Of a stretch of 45,823 nt of DNA, positions 9,737 through 18,398 are shown piece after piece. Within the stretch, counting starts at the first letter, position 1; every line of letters starts with the position of its first letter. The translations under genes and the position numbers were made by a program. Origin of the DNA: Bacteroidales bacterium (GTDB lineage: Bacteria > Bacteroidota > Bacteroidia > Bacteroidales > UBA7960); assembly GCA_003555385.1 (NCBI GenBank), contig PWHO01000023.1:1-45823 (forward strand), read 5' to 3'. A model generated the notes under the pieces. The model was given only the letters and a program-made list of their open reading frames with translations. It was not told where the DNA came from and searched no databases.

Positions 9737-11965
9737 ATGGAAGTGCACAATATAAGTAATAATACCATGGAGGTTAAAAGCAGTGTTTCTCTTCGTGAGC
9801 TGCTAAAACAAATTTTTGGATACGGAGCGTTTAAAGGAGACCAGGAAGCCATTGTTCAATGTCTGATGAAGGGGAATGACTCTTTTGTGATCATGCCCAC
9901 CGGTGGTGGTAAGTCTATGTGCTACCAGTTGCCTGCGCTGATAGGAAAGGGTACGGCCATCATTGTTTCTCCCCTGATTGCCCTGATGAAGAACCAGGTG
10001 GATGCCATTCGTAATTTTGCATCCTTTGACGGCATTGCCCATGTGTTAAACTCCTCTCTTACCCGTGCAGAGGTCAACCAGGTAAAAAGTGACCTCAGCA
10101 GCGGCGTGACCAAATTATTGTATGTTGCCCCGGAATCGCTTACCAAGGAGGAGAATGTATCTTTTCTCAAAACGCTTGATATTTCATTTTTTGCCGTAGA
10201 CGAGGCCCACTGTATTTCTGAATGGGGACATGATTTCAGGCCTGAGTACCGGCGTTTGCGTCCGATCATCGAGGCATTTGAGCGAAAAGTACCGGTAATT
10301 GCCCTTACGGCTACAGCCACCATGAAAGTACAGCAGGATATTCAAAAGAATCTGGGAATGACGGATGCCCGCCGTTTTATTTCGTCTTTCAACCGGCCCA
10401 ATCTCTACTATGAAATTCGTCCGAAAACGAAGAATGCCACCCGTGACATCATACATTATGTGAAGTCACAGGAAGGCAAGTCCGGGATTATTTATTGTCT
10501 GAGCCGGAAAAAAGTGGAAGAACTCGCAGCTACACTTCAGGTGAACGGGATCAGGGCGTTGCCCTATCATGCCGGTCTGGATGCAGCGGTCAGGGTGACC
10601 AACCAGGATAAGTTCCTGATGGAAGATGCAGAGGTGATCGTCGCCACCATTGCCTTCGGAATGGGTATCGATAAACCCGATGTCCGGTACGTCATCCACC
10701 ATGATATTCCCAAAAGCCTGGAGGCGTATTACCAGGAAACCGGTCGTGCCGGCCGGGATGAGGGGGAGGGAAATTGCATTGCTTTCTACGCTTACGACGA
10801 CATCCAAAAAATGGAAAAATTCCTGAAAGGGAAGCCGGTGGCCGAACAGGAGATCGGAATGCAGTTGCTTATGGAAACAGTTGCGTATGCTGAATCCTCC
10901 ATTTGCCGGCGGAAAACGCTTTTAAATTACTTTGGTGAGATATATAAAAAAGAAAATTGCGGGTCATGCGACAATTGTCTGAATCCGAAAGAAAAATTTG
11001 AAGGAAAAGAATATATTTGCCTGCTGTTAGAAACCGTTGTTGCGGTGAAGGAATTGTTCAGACCCAAACATGTAATAAGCGTTCTTATGGGAAAAAATAC
11101 CACAGCTGTTAAATCCTGCAAGCACAATCAGCTGGATGTTTTTGGCAAAGGCGCCCACAAAGATGAGAAATTCTGGTACGCTGTTCTGAGGCAAAGTCTC
11201 GTTGAGCGGCTTTTGGAAAAGGATATTGAAGACTATGGCACATTGAAGGTCACTGAAGCAGGACATGGGTACCTGGAGAAACCCCGCTCAGTCAGGATGA
11301 GTAAAGATCATGATTACGATACCCCTGATGATGCCGACAGCGTAGCAGGAATGGCCCAGAAAACCAGTGCAACGGACAAGGTCCTGTTCTCATTGCTTAA
11401 GGACCTTCGTAAACAGATTGCCCGCAAACATAACCTGCCTCCCTTTGTGATCTTTCAGGATCCGTCGCTGGAGGATATGGCCATCCAGTACCCGGTAAAA
11501 CTCGATGAACTGAAGCAGATCACAGGGGTTGGCAGCGGAAAAGCAGAGCGCTTTGGCCGTCCATTTATTGATTTGATATCGAGGTACGTGGAGGATAATG
11601 AGATCGAGCGGCCCATGGATATGGTGGTGAAGTCTGTGGTGAATAAATCAGGGTTAAAGGTTTACCTGATCCGGAATATTGACCGGAAAGTTTCCCTGGA
11701 AGATCTTGCTGAAGCCAAAGGACTGAATTTTGATGACCTGCTGCACGAGCTGGAGACTATTGTGGCTTCAGGCACCAAAATTGACATTGGTTACTATATT
11801 AATGAGGTGGTCGATGTGGACAAGCAGGAGGAGATATTCGATTATTTTACGACAGCAGAAAGCGATTCTTTTGATCAGGCCCTCGAAGAACTGGGAGAGG
11901 ACGACTTCACAGAAGAGGAAGTCAGGCTGATGCGGATACGTTTTATGTCGGAGATGGGAAATTAG
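9737..11965 (+). CDS. recQ: ATP-dependent DNA helicase RecQ
   Basis: Motif I is MPTGGGKS and the DEAH box is AVDEAHCISEWGHDFRPEY. There is a Zn-binding Cys cluster (CRRK...CGSCDNC) and an HRDC-like region. The ORF is 742 aa, with an alternative start at the ATG at 9767. Confidence 0.92.
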   Translation: MEVHNISNNTMEVKSSVSLRELLKQIFGYGAFKGDQEAIVQCLMKGNDSFVIMPTGGGKSMCYQLPALIGKGTAIIVSPLIALMKNQVDAIRNFASFDGIAHVLNSSLTRAEVNQVKSDLSSGVTKLLYVAPESLTKEENVSFLKTLDISFFAVDEAHCISEWGHDFRPEYRRLRPIIEAFERKVPVIALTATATMKVQQDIQKNLGMTDARRFISSFNRPNLYYEIRPKTKNATRDIIHYVKSQEGKSGIIYCLSRKKVEELAATLQVNGIRALPYHAGLDAAVRVTNQDKFLMEDAEVIVATIAFGMGIDKPDVRYVIHHDIPKSLEAYYQETGRAGRDEGEGNCIAFYAYDDIQKMEKFLKGKPVAEQEIGMQLLMETVAYAESSICRRKTLLNYFGEIYKKENCGSCDNCLNPKEKFEGKEYICLLLETVVAVKELFRPKHVISVLMGKNTTAVKSCKHNQLDVFGKGAHKDEKFWYAVLRQSLVERLLEKDIEDYGTLKVTEAGHGYLEKPRSVRMSKDHDYDTPDDADSVAGMAQKTSATDKVLFSLLKDLRKQIARKHNLPPFVIFQDPSLEDMAIQYPVKLDELKQITGVGSGKAERFGRPFIDLISRYVEDNEIERPMDMVVKSVVNKSGLKVYLIRNIDRKVSLEDLAEAKGLNFDDLLHELETIVASGTKIDIGYYINEVVDVDKQEEIFDYFTTAESDSFDQALEELGEDDFTEEEVRLMRIRFMSEMGN

Positions 11966-12014
11966 CAGATAGATCTTTGCAATCAACAATCACTATTAAC
12001 AATCAAAAATCAAT

Positions 12015-12683
12015 ATGGAAAAGAAAGAGAAGACGGAACAGGGCGCCCCTGAAAGAAGCCCTGTAGCCGGTGGAATGAACAAGGGTATGGTTATTAATGT
12101 GGTCCTTTTTCTGGGCCTGGTTGTTCTCTACGGACTTCATTTTATGGAAAGCCCTGTAGGGGAAGAGCGGGATGCTGTGGAAATGCCCGGGGTTGAAAGA
12201 AAAATTGATGAGGCCACACATGTTATTGCTTATGTGAATAATGAGATCCTGATGGAGCAGTACCTTAGGGCTGTTGAAATGCGGGATGAGTTTGAAGCAG
12301 AGCAACGGCAGCTTGAAACTGACCTGGAAAGGCGTCAGCACACTTTTCAAAATGACGTGGAACGCTTTCAGCAACAGATTCAGGCCGGAACTATTGACAT
12401 GGAAGAAGCCCAGCTGATGGAGCAGGAATTGATGCAGCGACAGCAGGATCTGATGCAGCTAAATGAAACCTACATGGATCGGCTTGCCAGGAAGGAAAGA
12501 GAGTTGAATGAGGAATTGCTGGAAAGAATCAGTGACTTTCTGGAGCGGTATAACCGGGATAAGGGGTATGACTTTATATTGGGTTATTCACGAGGAGGCG
12601 GAATCCTGTTTGCTGATCAGGCATATGACGTGACGGCAGAAGTACTTGATCAGCTGAATTATGAATATGAACAAACGCAATAA
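12015..12683 (+). CDS. OmpH/Skp-family periplasmic chaperone
   Basis: It has an N-terminal TM/signal segment and a long Q/E/R-rich coiled coil. The C-terminal block YDFILGYSRGGGILFADQAYDVTAEVLDQLN is typical of OmpH. Confidence 0.7.
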   Translation: MEKKEKTEQGAPERSPVAGGMNKGMVINVVLFLGLVVLYGLHFMESPVGEERDAVEMPGVERKIDEATHVIAYVNNEILMEQYLRAVEMRDEFEAEQRQLETDLERRQHTFQNDVERFQQQIQAGTIDMEEAQLMEQELMQRQQDLMQLNETYMDRLARKERELNEELLERISDFLERYNRDKGYDFILGYSRGGGILFADQAYDVTAEVLDQLNYEYEQTQ

Positions 12684-12706
12684 ATCCAATAAATCCAATT
12701 AAAACC

Positions 12707-13702
12707 ATGAAGAAGAAATTGACTGTTTTTTTGATGTTTGCCTGGCTGGTAAGTTTTTCCGGGCTTTTTGCCCAGGGCAATTACACCCTGGTAATCCACG
12801 GTGGGGCCGGAAATGTGGATCGTGAACGGGTGCCTGAGGATCGGGAAGAGGCTTTTAATGCCAAATTGAATGAGGCCCTGGATGCCGGGGAGGCCATACT
12901 TGAAGCAGGTGGTTCCAGCCTTGAAGCAGTGGAAGCTGCAGTGCGGATTATGGAGGATTCTCCCAAATTTAATGCAGGGAAAGGAGCTGTTTTTACACAC
13001 GAGGGTGGCAATGAGCTGGATGCTTCCATTATGTGCGGTCAGCAGATGACGGCCGGTGCCATAGCAGGGGTGACGAATATCCGTAACCCCATCAGTACTG
13101 CCCGGAAGGTTATGGATCTCTCTCCCCATGTGCTGCTGACGGCCCGGGGAGCAGAAGCTTTCGCCATGGAACATGGTGCAGATATCGTGGATCCTTCTTA
13201 CTTTTTTGATGAGTATCGTTATGACCAGCTGCAGGAGCAACTTCGCCGGATGGATGAAACCGGCTATATCGATTCTGCTGATATGATGGGTACGGTAGGT
13301 GCAGTTGCCCTTGATAAGAACGGAAACCTGGCAGCTGCTACCTCAACGGGCGGAATGACGGCCAAACGCTACAACCGTGTAGGAGACAGCCCGATTATCG
13401 GTGCCGGAACATATGCGGAGAATTCCAGTTGTGCCGTTTCATCAACCGGGCACGGCGAATATTTCATTAAATATGCGGTGGCCTATGATGTGTCTGCACA
13501 GATGCGCTACAAAGGTGTTGAGCTGGAGGAGGCCACCAACAGCATTATTCACGGTACGTTGAGAGATTTGGGTGTGAACGGCGGACTCATCGCTGTTGAC
13601 AAAGACGGCAATGTGAGCATGCCCTTCAATACATCGGGAATGTTTCGCGGCTACACCCGTTCAGACGGTGAGCGCGTGGTGAGGATCTTTGGCGACGATT
13701 AA
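12707..13702 (+). CDS. Isoaspartyl peptidase / L-asparaginase (Ntn hydrolase, plant-type asparaginase family), secreted
   Basis: It has a signal peptide and the autoprocessing site GTVGAVALDKNGNLAAATSTGGMTAKRYNRVGDSPIIGAGTYA. Confidence 0.88.
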   Translation: MKKKLTVFLMFAWLVSFSGLFAQGNYTLVIHGGAGNVDRERVPEDREEAFNAKLNEALDAGEAILEAGGSSLEAVEAAVRIMEDSPKFNAGKGAVFTHEGGNELDASIMCGQQMTAGAIAGVTNIRNPISTARKVMDLSPHVLLTARGAEAFAMEHGADIVDPSYFFDEYRYDQLQEQLRRMDETGYIDSADMMGTVGAVALDKNGNLAAATSTGGMTAKRYNRVGDSPIIGAGTYAENSSCAVSSTGHGEYFIKYAVAYDVSAQMRYKGVELEEATNSIIHGTLRDLGVNGGLIAVDKDGNVSMPFNTSGMFRGYTRSDGERVVRIFGDD

Positions 13703-13708
13703 TCCTGA

Positions 13709-14200
13709 TCACTGATTTTTATACTGCAATACCTCATCTGCGAAATATTCAAGTACCACGCCGGCTTCAGCGAACAATTGTTCTGACTCACTGCCGGCGT
13801 GGTATTTTTTTTCGCAAACCACCCGCTTAATGCCGCAATTGATTATTAGCATGGCACAAACCCTGCAGGGGGTCATCCGGCAATATAGGGTGGCATCCTC
13901 AATGCTTATGCCCAGTTTTGCCGCCTGGCAGATTGCATTTTGCTCCGCGTGGACTGTCCGCATACAGTGGGTGGTTACCCGCCCGTCTTCGTGCTGAAGT
14001 TTTTTCATTTGATGACCTGCATCATCACAGTGGGGGAGGCCGATGGGAGATCCTACGTAACCGGTCACAAGAATTTGCCTCCCCCTTGCAATAACGCATC
14101 CGCTACGTCCTCTGTCGCAGGTTGCCCGTTTACTTACCGTATGGGCGATCTCCATGAAATATTCATCCCATGAAGGTCTTTTATAGTTACTGGTTGTCAT
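13709..14200 (-). CDS. dCMP deaminase (ComEB/CDA zinc-dependent deaminase family)
   Basis: The zinc-binding motifs HAEQNAI and PCRVCAMLI (PCxxC) are present. The ORF is 163 aa. Confidence 0.88.
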   Translation of the reverse strand: MTTSNYKRPSWDEYFMEIAHTVSKRATCDRGRSGCVIARGRQILVTGYVGSPIGLPHCDDAGHQMKKLQHEDGRVTTHCMRTVHAEQNAICQAAKLGISIEDATLYCRMTPCRVCAMLIINCGIKRVVCEKKYHAGSESEQLFAEAGVVLEYFADEVLQYKNQ

Positions 14201-14202
14201 AG

Positions 14203-14784
14203 TTATCTGCCTGTTTGTTTGTTTTGTCCTGCGCCTGTAAGCTTAAGGAACCCTTCTGTTTTCTGCTGCAGGTCTGCAAGGCTGCCGTCATTCCTGATTA
14301 CATAATCGGCAGAATCAATACAGGCTGCAAGGTTTTGCTTATTGGGGTCGGTGGTGTACATCTCCCTTTCCTCGTTCATGATGAAGGTTGAATAGGATAC
14401 CCGGTCGGTTTCTGAATTCCTGTGGCGGATCCGTTTGTACCTGATGCGGGGATCTGCGTCTACGGCCAGTAGAAAAAACGCTTCTTCCCTGCGCAGGGCT
14501 TCCACTTCGCCCGGTGTCCGTATGCTCTCAATCACACAATTATGACCCAGGTCCTTTGCGCTTTTTATCAATGCTTCAGCGATGTGCGAAGGGCCATATT
14601 TTGCCCTGATTGAGTTGGCAATGGCTGTAAGGGTATCCCTGTCTACAGGCATCTGTCGCCTTTCCAGCTCCTCCTTTAAAAATTCACGTACGGAAAAATG
14701 AGCGAATCGCTTTTCCCTGACCAGGTATTCAACAACCGTTCCTTTTCCGGCTCCCAGCGTACCTGTTATGCCGACAATAACCAT
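14203..14784 (-). CDS. P-loop nucleotide/nucleoside kinase-like protein (adenylate-kinase / dephospho-CoA-kinase-like fold); substrate unknown
   Basis: The Walker A motif GITGTLGAGKGT sits at the N-terminus. The ORF is 193 aa. Its stop lies 2 nt before the dCMP deaminase ATG. Confidence 0.6.
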   Translation of the reverse strand: MVIVGITGTLGAGKGTVVEYLVREKRFAHFSVREFLKEELERRQMPVDRDTLTAIANSIRAKYGPSHIAEALIKSAKDLGHNCVIESIRTPGEVEALRREEAFFLLAVDADPRIRYKRIRHRNSETDRVSYSTFIMNEEREMYTTDPNKQNLAACIDSADYVIRNDGSLADLQQKTEGFLKLTGAGQNKQTGR

Positions 14785-14816
14785 GCTTGTTTTTGGTGTA
14801 AAAGTAATGGTTTTTC

Positions 14817-14846
14817 AAAAAAAAAGCCCCGTATTGCTTACGGAGC
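14817..14846 (-). terminator. Rho-independent terminator of the cold-shock gene
   Basis: On the minus strand, GCTCCGTA and TACGGGGC form an 8-bp stem with one G-U pair and a 5-nt loop. A T9 tract follows. The structure lies 24 nt after the csp stop. Confidence 0.7.
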
Positions 14847-14870
14847 TTTAGCAGCGTAATGAAAAACAGG

Positions 14871-15065
14871 TCATTCGTCTTTCTTTACATTGATTGCTTT
14901 TTTCCCCCTTTCATCCTCAGAAATTTCAAACGTTACCTTGTCATTGTTGGTGACAGGGTCAAGCAAGCCGGTGTGGTGAACAAAAACATCTTTCTCGGTT
15001 TTGTCATCAACGATGAACCCATACCCCTTTTTCTCATTAAAAAACTTAATTGTACCGGTTTCCAT
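14871..15065 (-). CDS. Cold-shock protein (CspA family, CSD)
   Basis: METGTIKFFNEKKGYGFIVDDKTEKDVFVHHTGL carries the RNP1-like KGYGFI and RNP2-like VFVHH motifs. The protein is 64 aa from the ATG at 15065. The upstream 57 codons of track ORF 14871..15236 look non-coding. Confidence 0.9.
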   Translation of the reverse strand: METGTIKFFNEKKGYGFIVDDKTEKDVFVHHTGLLDPVTNNDKVTFEISEDERGKKAINVKKDE

Positions 15066-15100
15066 AACAAACAAATTAAACAATAAATTGGTGAACAAAC

Positions 15101-15108
15101 CAAATGTA
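15101..15108 (-). promoter_or_regulatory. Candidate -7 promoter box for the cold-shock gene
   Basis: The plus strand reads CAAATGTA, which is TACATTTG on the minus strand. The box lies 35 nt upstream of the csp ATG and is preceded by A8/T7 tracts. Confidence 0.4.
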
Positions 15109-15203
15109 CGAAAATTTTGCCCGTTCACAAGTAATTTATAAAAAAAATCCCGGTAAACTGCATTTTTTTGTGACGGAATGGTGTATTGGGGGAGACCGAA
15201 GAT

Positions 15204-15273
15204 AACCGGCAGCTCCCGTTTGTGTGACTCGTGCAAGTAGAGAGGTTAAGGTCAAACGGGGTTACTGCCGGTT
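15204..15273. repeat. 70-nt interrupted inverted repeat (9 + 8 bp perfect stems) between the pckA-fusion stop and the csp promoter
   Basis: The left arm is AACCGGCAG-CT-CCCGTTTG (15204-15222). The right arm is CAAACGGG-GTTA-CTGCCGGTT (15253-15273). The apical loop is 30 nt. Confidence 0.8.
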
Positions 15274-15288
15274 AGTTCAGGGTATATT

Positions 15289-17577
15289 CTAAAAGTGGTT
15301 GATCTCCTGCATCAGCTGTTCCGGCTGCTGCAAAAGCCCGGGGTTCTTGTCAATATGGATGAGTCCTGATACTGATAGTTTAACGGCCCTGACACTATTT
15401 TGTTGTACACCATCTTCTCCGTGATATTTCACCACAAGCAACGATCCTGCTTTGATCAGAAAACCTGGGGTATCCTTTACCAGGTTCAGCAAATCCCGGG
15501 TCGCCTCTTCAAGTTGCTGATTGGCACATTTTCTTCCGTTGATGCATTTGGCGATGTCGTCAATGCGCTCGTAAACTTCGAAAAGACTAAGATCATTTAT
15601 GGATTTTGTCATGTGTTCGCTCAATCCTTCCCGCTTTTCCCCGTTGGAGAAGAACTCGAACCCCACAGAATCCATCAGCCGGCTCAGTTCCAGGTTGCAT
15701 TTGTTCAGTAAATCCTGGCTTTGGGTATCAAAGAAAGAAACCACGGGTACATGCCTTTTCAGTTTCCTGTTTTTATAGTCGGTGTTGATGGAGTTGAAGG
15801 AAATGTATTCATTGAAAGAATTATGCAGTATATAAATCTGGTCTTTAAGGCGGTTTATTTCGGCCGCATGTTTTTTCTCCAGCCGGTCAATCTTCTTTTC
15901 ATAATACCTGTAATACTGCTTCATGAACTTGTTTTGCGGCCCTGCCGCCACAAGTCGTTGCCCCTCCTCGGTGTCGGTGAAGTTGTTAAAGTTTTTAATA
16001 AATTTCTCTGCCAGCTCATCGGCCCGCTTCATGTAAGCCGTTTCGTACTTCCAGGTGTTTTTGGGGTTCAGGATGCTGCCGTCGACCCCCCTGACCTCTT
16101 TGGGTATCATCAGCCCGAAAGGTGCAAGCTCCTCCACCTCTGCCCGGTCCAGCGATCCGTCCAGGATCGAACGGATAATATTCCTGGTGCTGTCAATATC
16201 TATCCGTTGCCCGACCCCGTAGGGACCTCCGATCCAGCCCGTGTTGACCAGGTAGGCAGTGGCACCATGTTCTTTCATCTTTTTTGCCAGCTCCTGGGCA
16301 TAAACAGTAGGATGAAGCAGCAGGAAAGCAGCACCGAAAGCCGAAGAAAAGGTTGGCAGGGGTTCTTTGACACCCCGTTCGGTTCCTGCCAGTTTGGCGG
16401 TATAGCCGCTGAGAAAATAGTACATGGCCTGGTCGCGGTTCAGGCGTGCTACCGGTGGCAGTATTCCAAAGGCATCCGCAGTGAGAAAGATCACCTTCTT
16501 AGGGTGTGTTCCTTTGGAAACAGGTTTGACAATGTTCTTAATGTGATAAAGGGGATATGAGACCCTGGTGTTTTCTGTTTTGCTGGTGTCCGAAAAGTCG
16601 ATTTCCCCGGTTTTTTCGTCATACACCACATTTTCCAGCAGTGCGTTACGCTGTATGGCGTTGTAAATGTCGGGTTCCTTTTCTTTGCTCAGGTTGATGC
16701 ATTTGGCATAACAGCCACCCTCAAAATTGAAGATCCCCTCATCATCCCATCCATGTTCATCATCACCGATCAGGTATCTGTCCGGGTCGGCTGAGAGCGT
16801 TGTTTTTCCGGTGCCGGAAAGCCCGAAAAATATGGCTGTGTCACCATTTTTGCCCATATTGGCCGAACAGTGCATGGCGGCCATCCCCCTGAGGGGGAGG
16901 TAATAATTCATCATGGAAAAGAAGCCTTTCTTGATTTCTCCGCCATACCATGTGCCACCCACAACGGCCTTTCTTTCTTTCAGGTTGAAGGCTACGTAAA
17001 CGTCAGAATTCAGGTCCTGTTCTTCCCAATTCTCATTGACCGTTTTACATGCATTCAGCATCACGAAGTCCGGTTCAAAGTTTTCCAGGTCTTCCTCTGC
17101 CGGACGGATAAACATATTTTTGACAAAATGAGCCATCCAGGCAACTTCCGTGACTACACGGATTTTGATCCGGGTGTTCTCATTGGCACCGCAGTATGCA
17201 TCCATCACATACAGCTTCTTTCCGTGAAACTGGTTCAGGGTGGTCTCTTTCAGGGAATCCCAGGTCTCTTCGGAAATGGGTTTGTTGTCGGACCGGTTTT
17301 TCCCGTCGGCCCACCAGATATTGTCTTGCGAGGTTCCCTCCCTCACAATGTACTTGTCTTTGGGTGAACGTCCGGTGAAAATACCGGTGTCTACCGCCAC
17401 GGCCCCGGTGTTGGTGACAAATCCTTTTTCATATTCTTCCAGGGAAGGATCGGTTTCGTGTTCAAAGAGATCGTCGTAAGACAGGTTGTAAAAGACCTGT
17501 TGTACATCATGGATGCCATACTGTGACAGATCGGGGGCTTTGATTCTTGTGCCCTTGGTTGTTTCAGCTTCTTTCAT
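15289..17577 (-). CDS. pckA: Phosphoenolpyruvate carboxykinase (ATP) continuing in frame into a 214-aa C-terminal extension of unknown function
   Basis: Residues 1 to ~548 are a full PckA, with [28 protein letters not shown] and an ending of ...[16 protein letters not shown]. The frame then continues [22 protein letters not shown]... to a TAG at 15289-15291. An internal ATG lies at 15924. Confidence 0.9.
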   Translation of the reverse strand: MKEAETTKGTRIKAPDLSQYGIHDVQQVFYNLSYDDLFEHETDPSLEEYEKGFVTNTGAVAVDTGIFTGRSPKDKYIVREGTSQDNIWWADGKNRSDNKPISEETWDSLKETTLNQFHGKKLYVMDAYCGANENTRIKIRVVTEVAWMAHFVKNMFIRPAEEDLENFEPDFVMLNACKTVNENWEEQDLNSDVYVAFNLKERKAVVGGTWYGGEIKKGFFSMMNYYLPLRGMAAMHCSANMGKNGDTAIFFGLSGTGKTTLSADPDRYLIGDDEHGWDDEGIFNFEGGCYAKCINLSKEKEPDIYNAIQRNALLENVVYDEKTGEIDFSDTSKTENTRVSYPLYHIKNIVKPVSKGTHPKKVIFLTADAFGILPPVARLNRDQAMYYFLSGYTAKLAGTERGVKEPLPTFSSAFGAAFLLLHPTVYAQELAKKMKEHGATAYLVNTGWIGGPYGVGQRIDIDSTRNIIRSILDGSLDRAEVEELAPFGLMIPKEVRGVDGSILNPKNTWKYETAYMKRADELAEKFIKNFNNFTDTEEGQRLVAAGPQNKFMKQYYRYYEKKIDRLEKKHAAEINRLKDQIYILHNSFNEYISFNSINTDYKNRKLKRHVPVVSFFDTQSQDLLNKCNLELSRLMDSVGFEFFSNGEKREGLSEHMTKSINDLSLFEVYERIDDIAKCINGRKCANQQLEEATRDLLNLVKDTPGFLIKAGSLLVVKYHGEDGVQQNSVRAVKLSVSGLIHIDKNPGLLQQPEQLMQEINHF

Positions 17578-17625
17578 GTGTTGTTTGGTTTTTGTGTCAG
17601 GTTGTTGTTGGTTAAAAATAAACGA

Positions 17626-18303
17626 TTAATTATCACGTTCGCCGAAAATTGCACTGCCAATACGAACCATTGTGCTTCCTTCTTCAACGGCAAGCCCGTA
17701 ATCGCCAGACATTCCCATTGAAATTTCTTTGAAAGAGGGTTTCCCGGCAAAATATTTCTCACGGATGGTATCGAAGTATTGTCTGAGCTGCCGGAATTCT
17801 GATTTGACCTGATCTGTGTTTTCGGTAAATGTAGCCATGCCCATCAGCCCGCAAATTTCCACATTTTCCATGCTGCGAAATGATTCGCTTTCCAGCATCT
17901 CGCAGGCTTCTTCAAATTTAAGCCCATATTTTGACTCTTCTTCCGCTATATCTATCTGGAGAAGGCATTGAATGGTCCGCGCATTCTTCCCGGCTTCCTT
18001 GTTGACCACCTTAAGGAGTTTCTGGCTGTCGATGCTGTGTATAAGTTCTATGAACGGAGCGATGTATTTTACCTTATTGGATTGCAGGTGTCCGACCATA
18101 TGCCAGCGGATGTCCTTCGGAAGAGCCTCGTATTTGGGAATTAGCTCCTGGGCCTTGCTCTCGCCAAATACGAGGTGCCCGGCATTGTATACCTGCATGA
18201 TCTGATCCGGGGTGTTTGTTTTGCTTATCGCAATCAGCTTGACTCCTTCCGGAAGTTCCTCAAAAATGTTTTTCAGGTTATTTACAACAGTCATATGGCT
18301 CAT
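17626..18303 (-). CDS. yggS: YggS-family pyridoxal-phosphate homeostasis protein
   Basis: Diagnostic blocks are [30 protein letters not shown] and [28 protein letters not shown]. The track start at 18318 is a TTG that overlaps a promoter box, so I prefer the ATG at 18303 (or 18294). Confidence 0.88.
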   Translation of the reverse strand: MSHMTVVNNLKNIFEELPEGVKLIAISKTNTPDQIMQVYNAGHLVFGESKAQELIPKYEALPKDIRWHMVGHLQSNKVKYIAPFIELIHSIDSQKLLKVVNKEAGKNARTIQCLLQIDIAEEESKYGLKFEEACEMLESESFRSMENVEICGLMGMATFTENTDQVKSEFRQLRQYFDTIREKYFAGKPSFKEISMGMSGDYGLAVEEGSTMVRIGSAIFGERDN

Positions 18304-18315
18304 TTTTTGTTGATA

Positions 18316-18323
18316 CAAAAATA
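18316..18323 (-). promoter_or_regulatory. Candidate -7 promoter box for yggS
   Basis: The plus strand reads CAAAAATA, which is TATTTTTG on the minus strand. It lies 12 nt upstream of the ATG at 18303, which implies a very short leader. Confidence 0.35.
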
Positions 18324-18386
18324 AGAAATAACCCAGAACACTTTTTTATATCCCTTAGTATTCGTCAGAGGAATAAATCATATAAT

Positions 18387-18394
18387 TATCTTTG
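18387..18394 (+). promoter_or_regulatory. Candidate -7 promoter box for guaA
   Basis: TATCTTTG lies 4 nt before the ATG at 18399 and 13 nt before the second ATG at 18408. This implies a leaderless or near-leaderless mRNA. Confidence 0.3.
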
Positions 18395-18398
18395 CATT

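Noticed and set aside
12678-12700. 2.4 tandem copies of CAATAAATC at the ompH stop
   Set aside because: It is very short and AT-rich, spanning the stop codon and a 23-nt spacer. It is most likely slippage noise rather than a functional repeat.
12659-13240. 193-aa minus-strand ORF
   Set aside because: It is antisense to the well-supported isoaspartyl peptidase gene and to the end of ompH, with no recognisable features.
15066-15236. 57-codon N-terminal extension of the cold-shock ORF in the track
   Set aside because: The extension (MHESHKRELPVIFGLPQY...) looks non-coding and contains the candidate promoter box and A/T tracts. The CSD starts exactly at the ATG at 15065.
15721-16560. 279-aa plus-strand ORF
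   Set aside because: It is antisense within pckA and its tail. This is a typical shadow ORF of a highly expressed gene, with no motifs.
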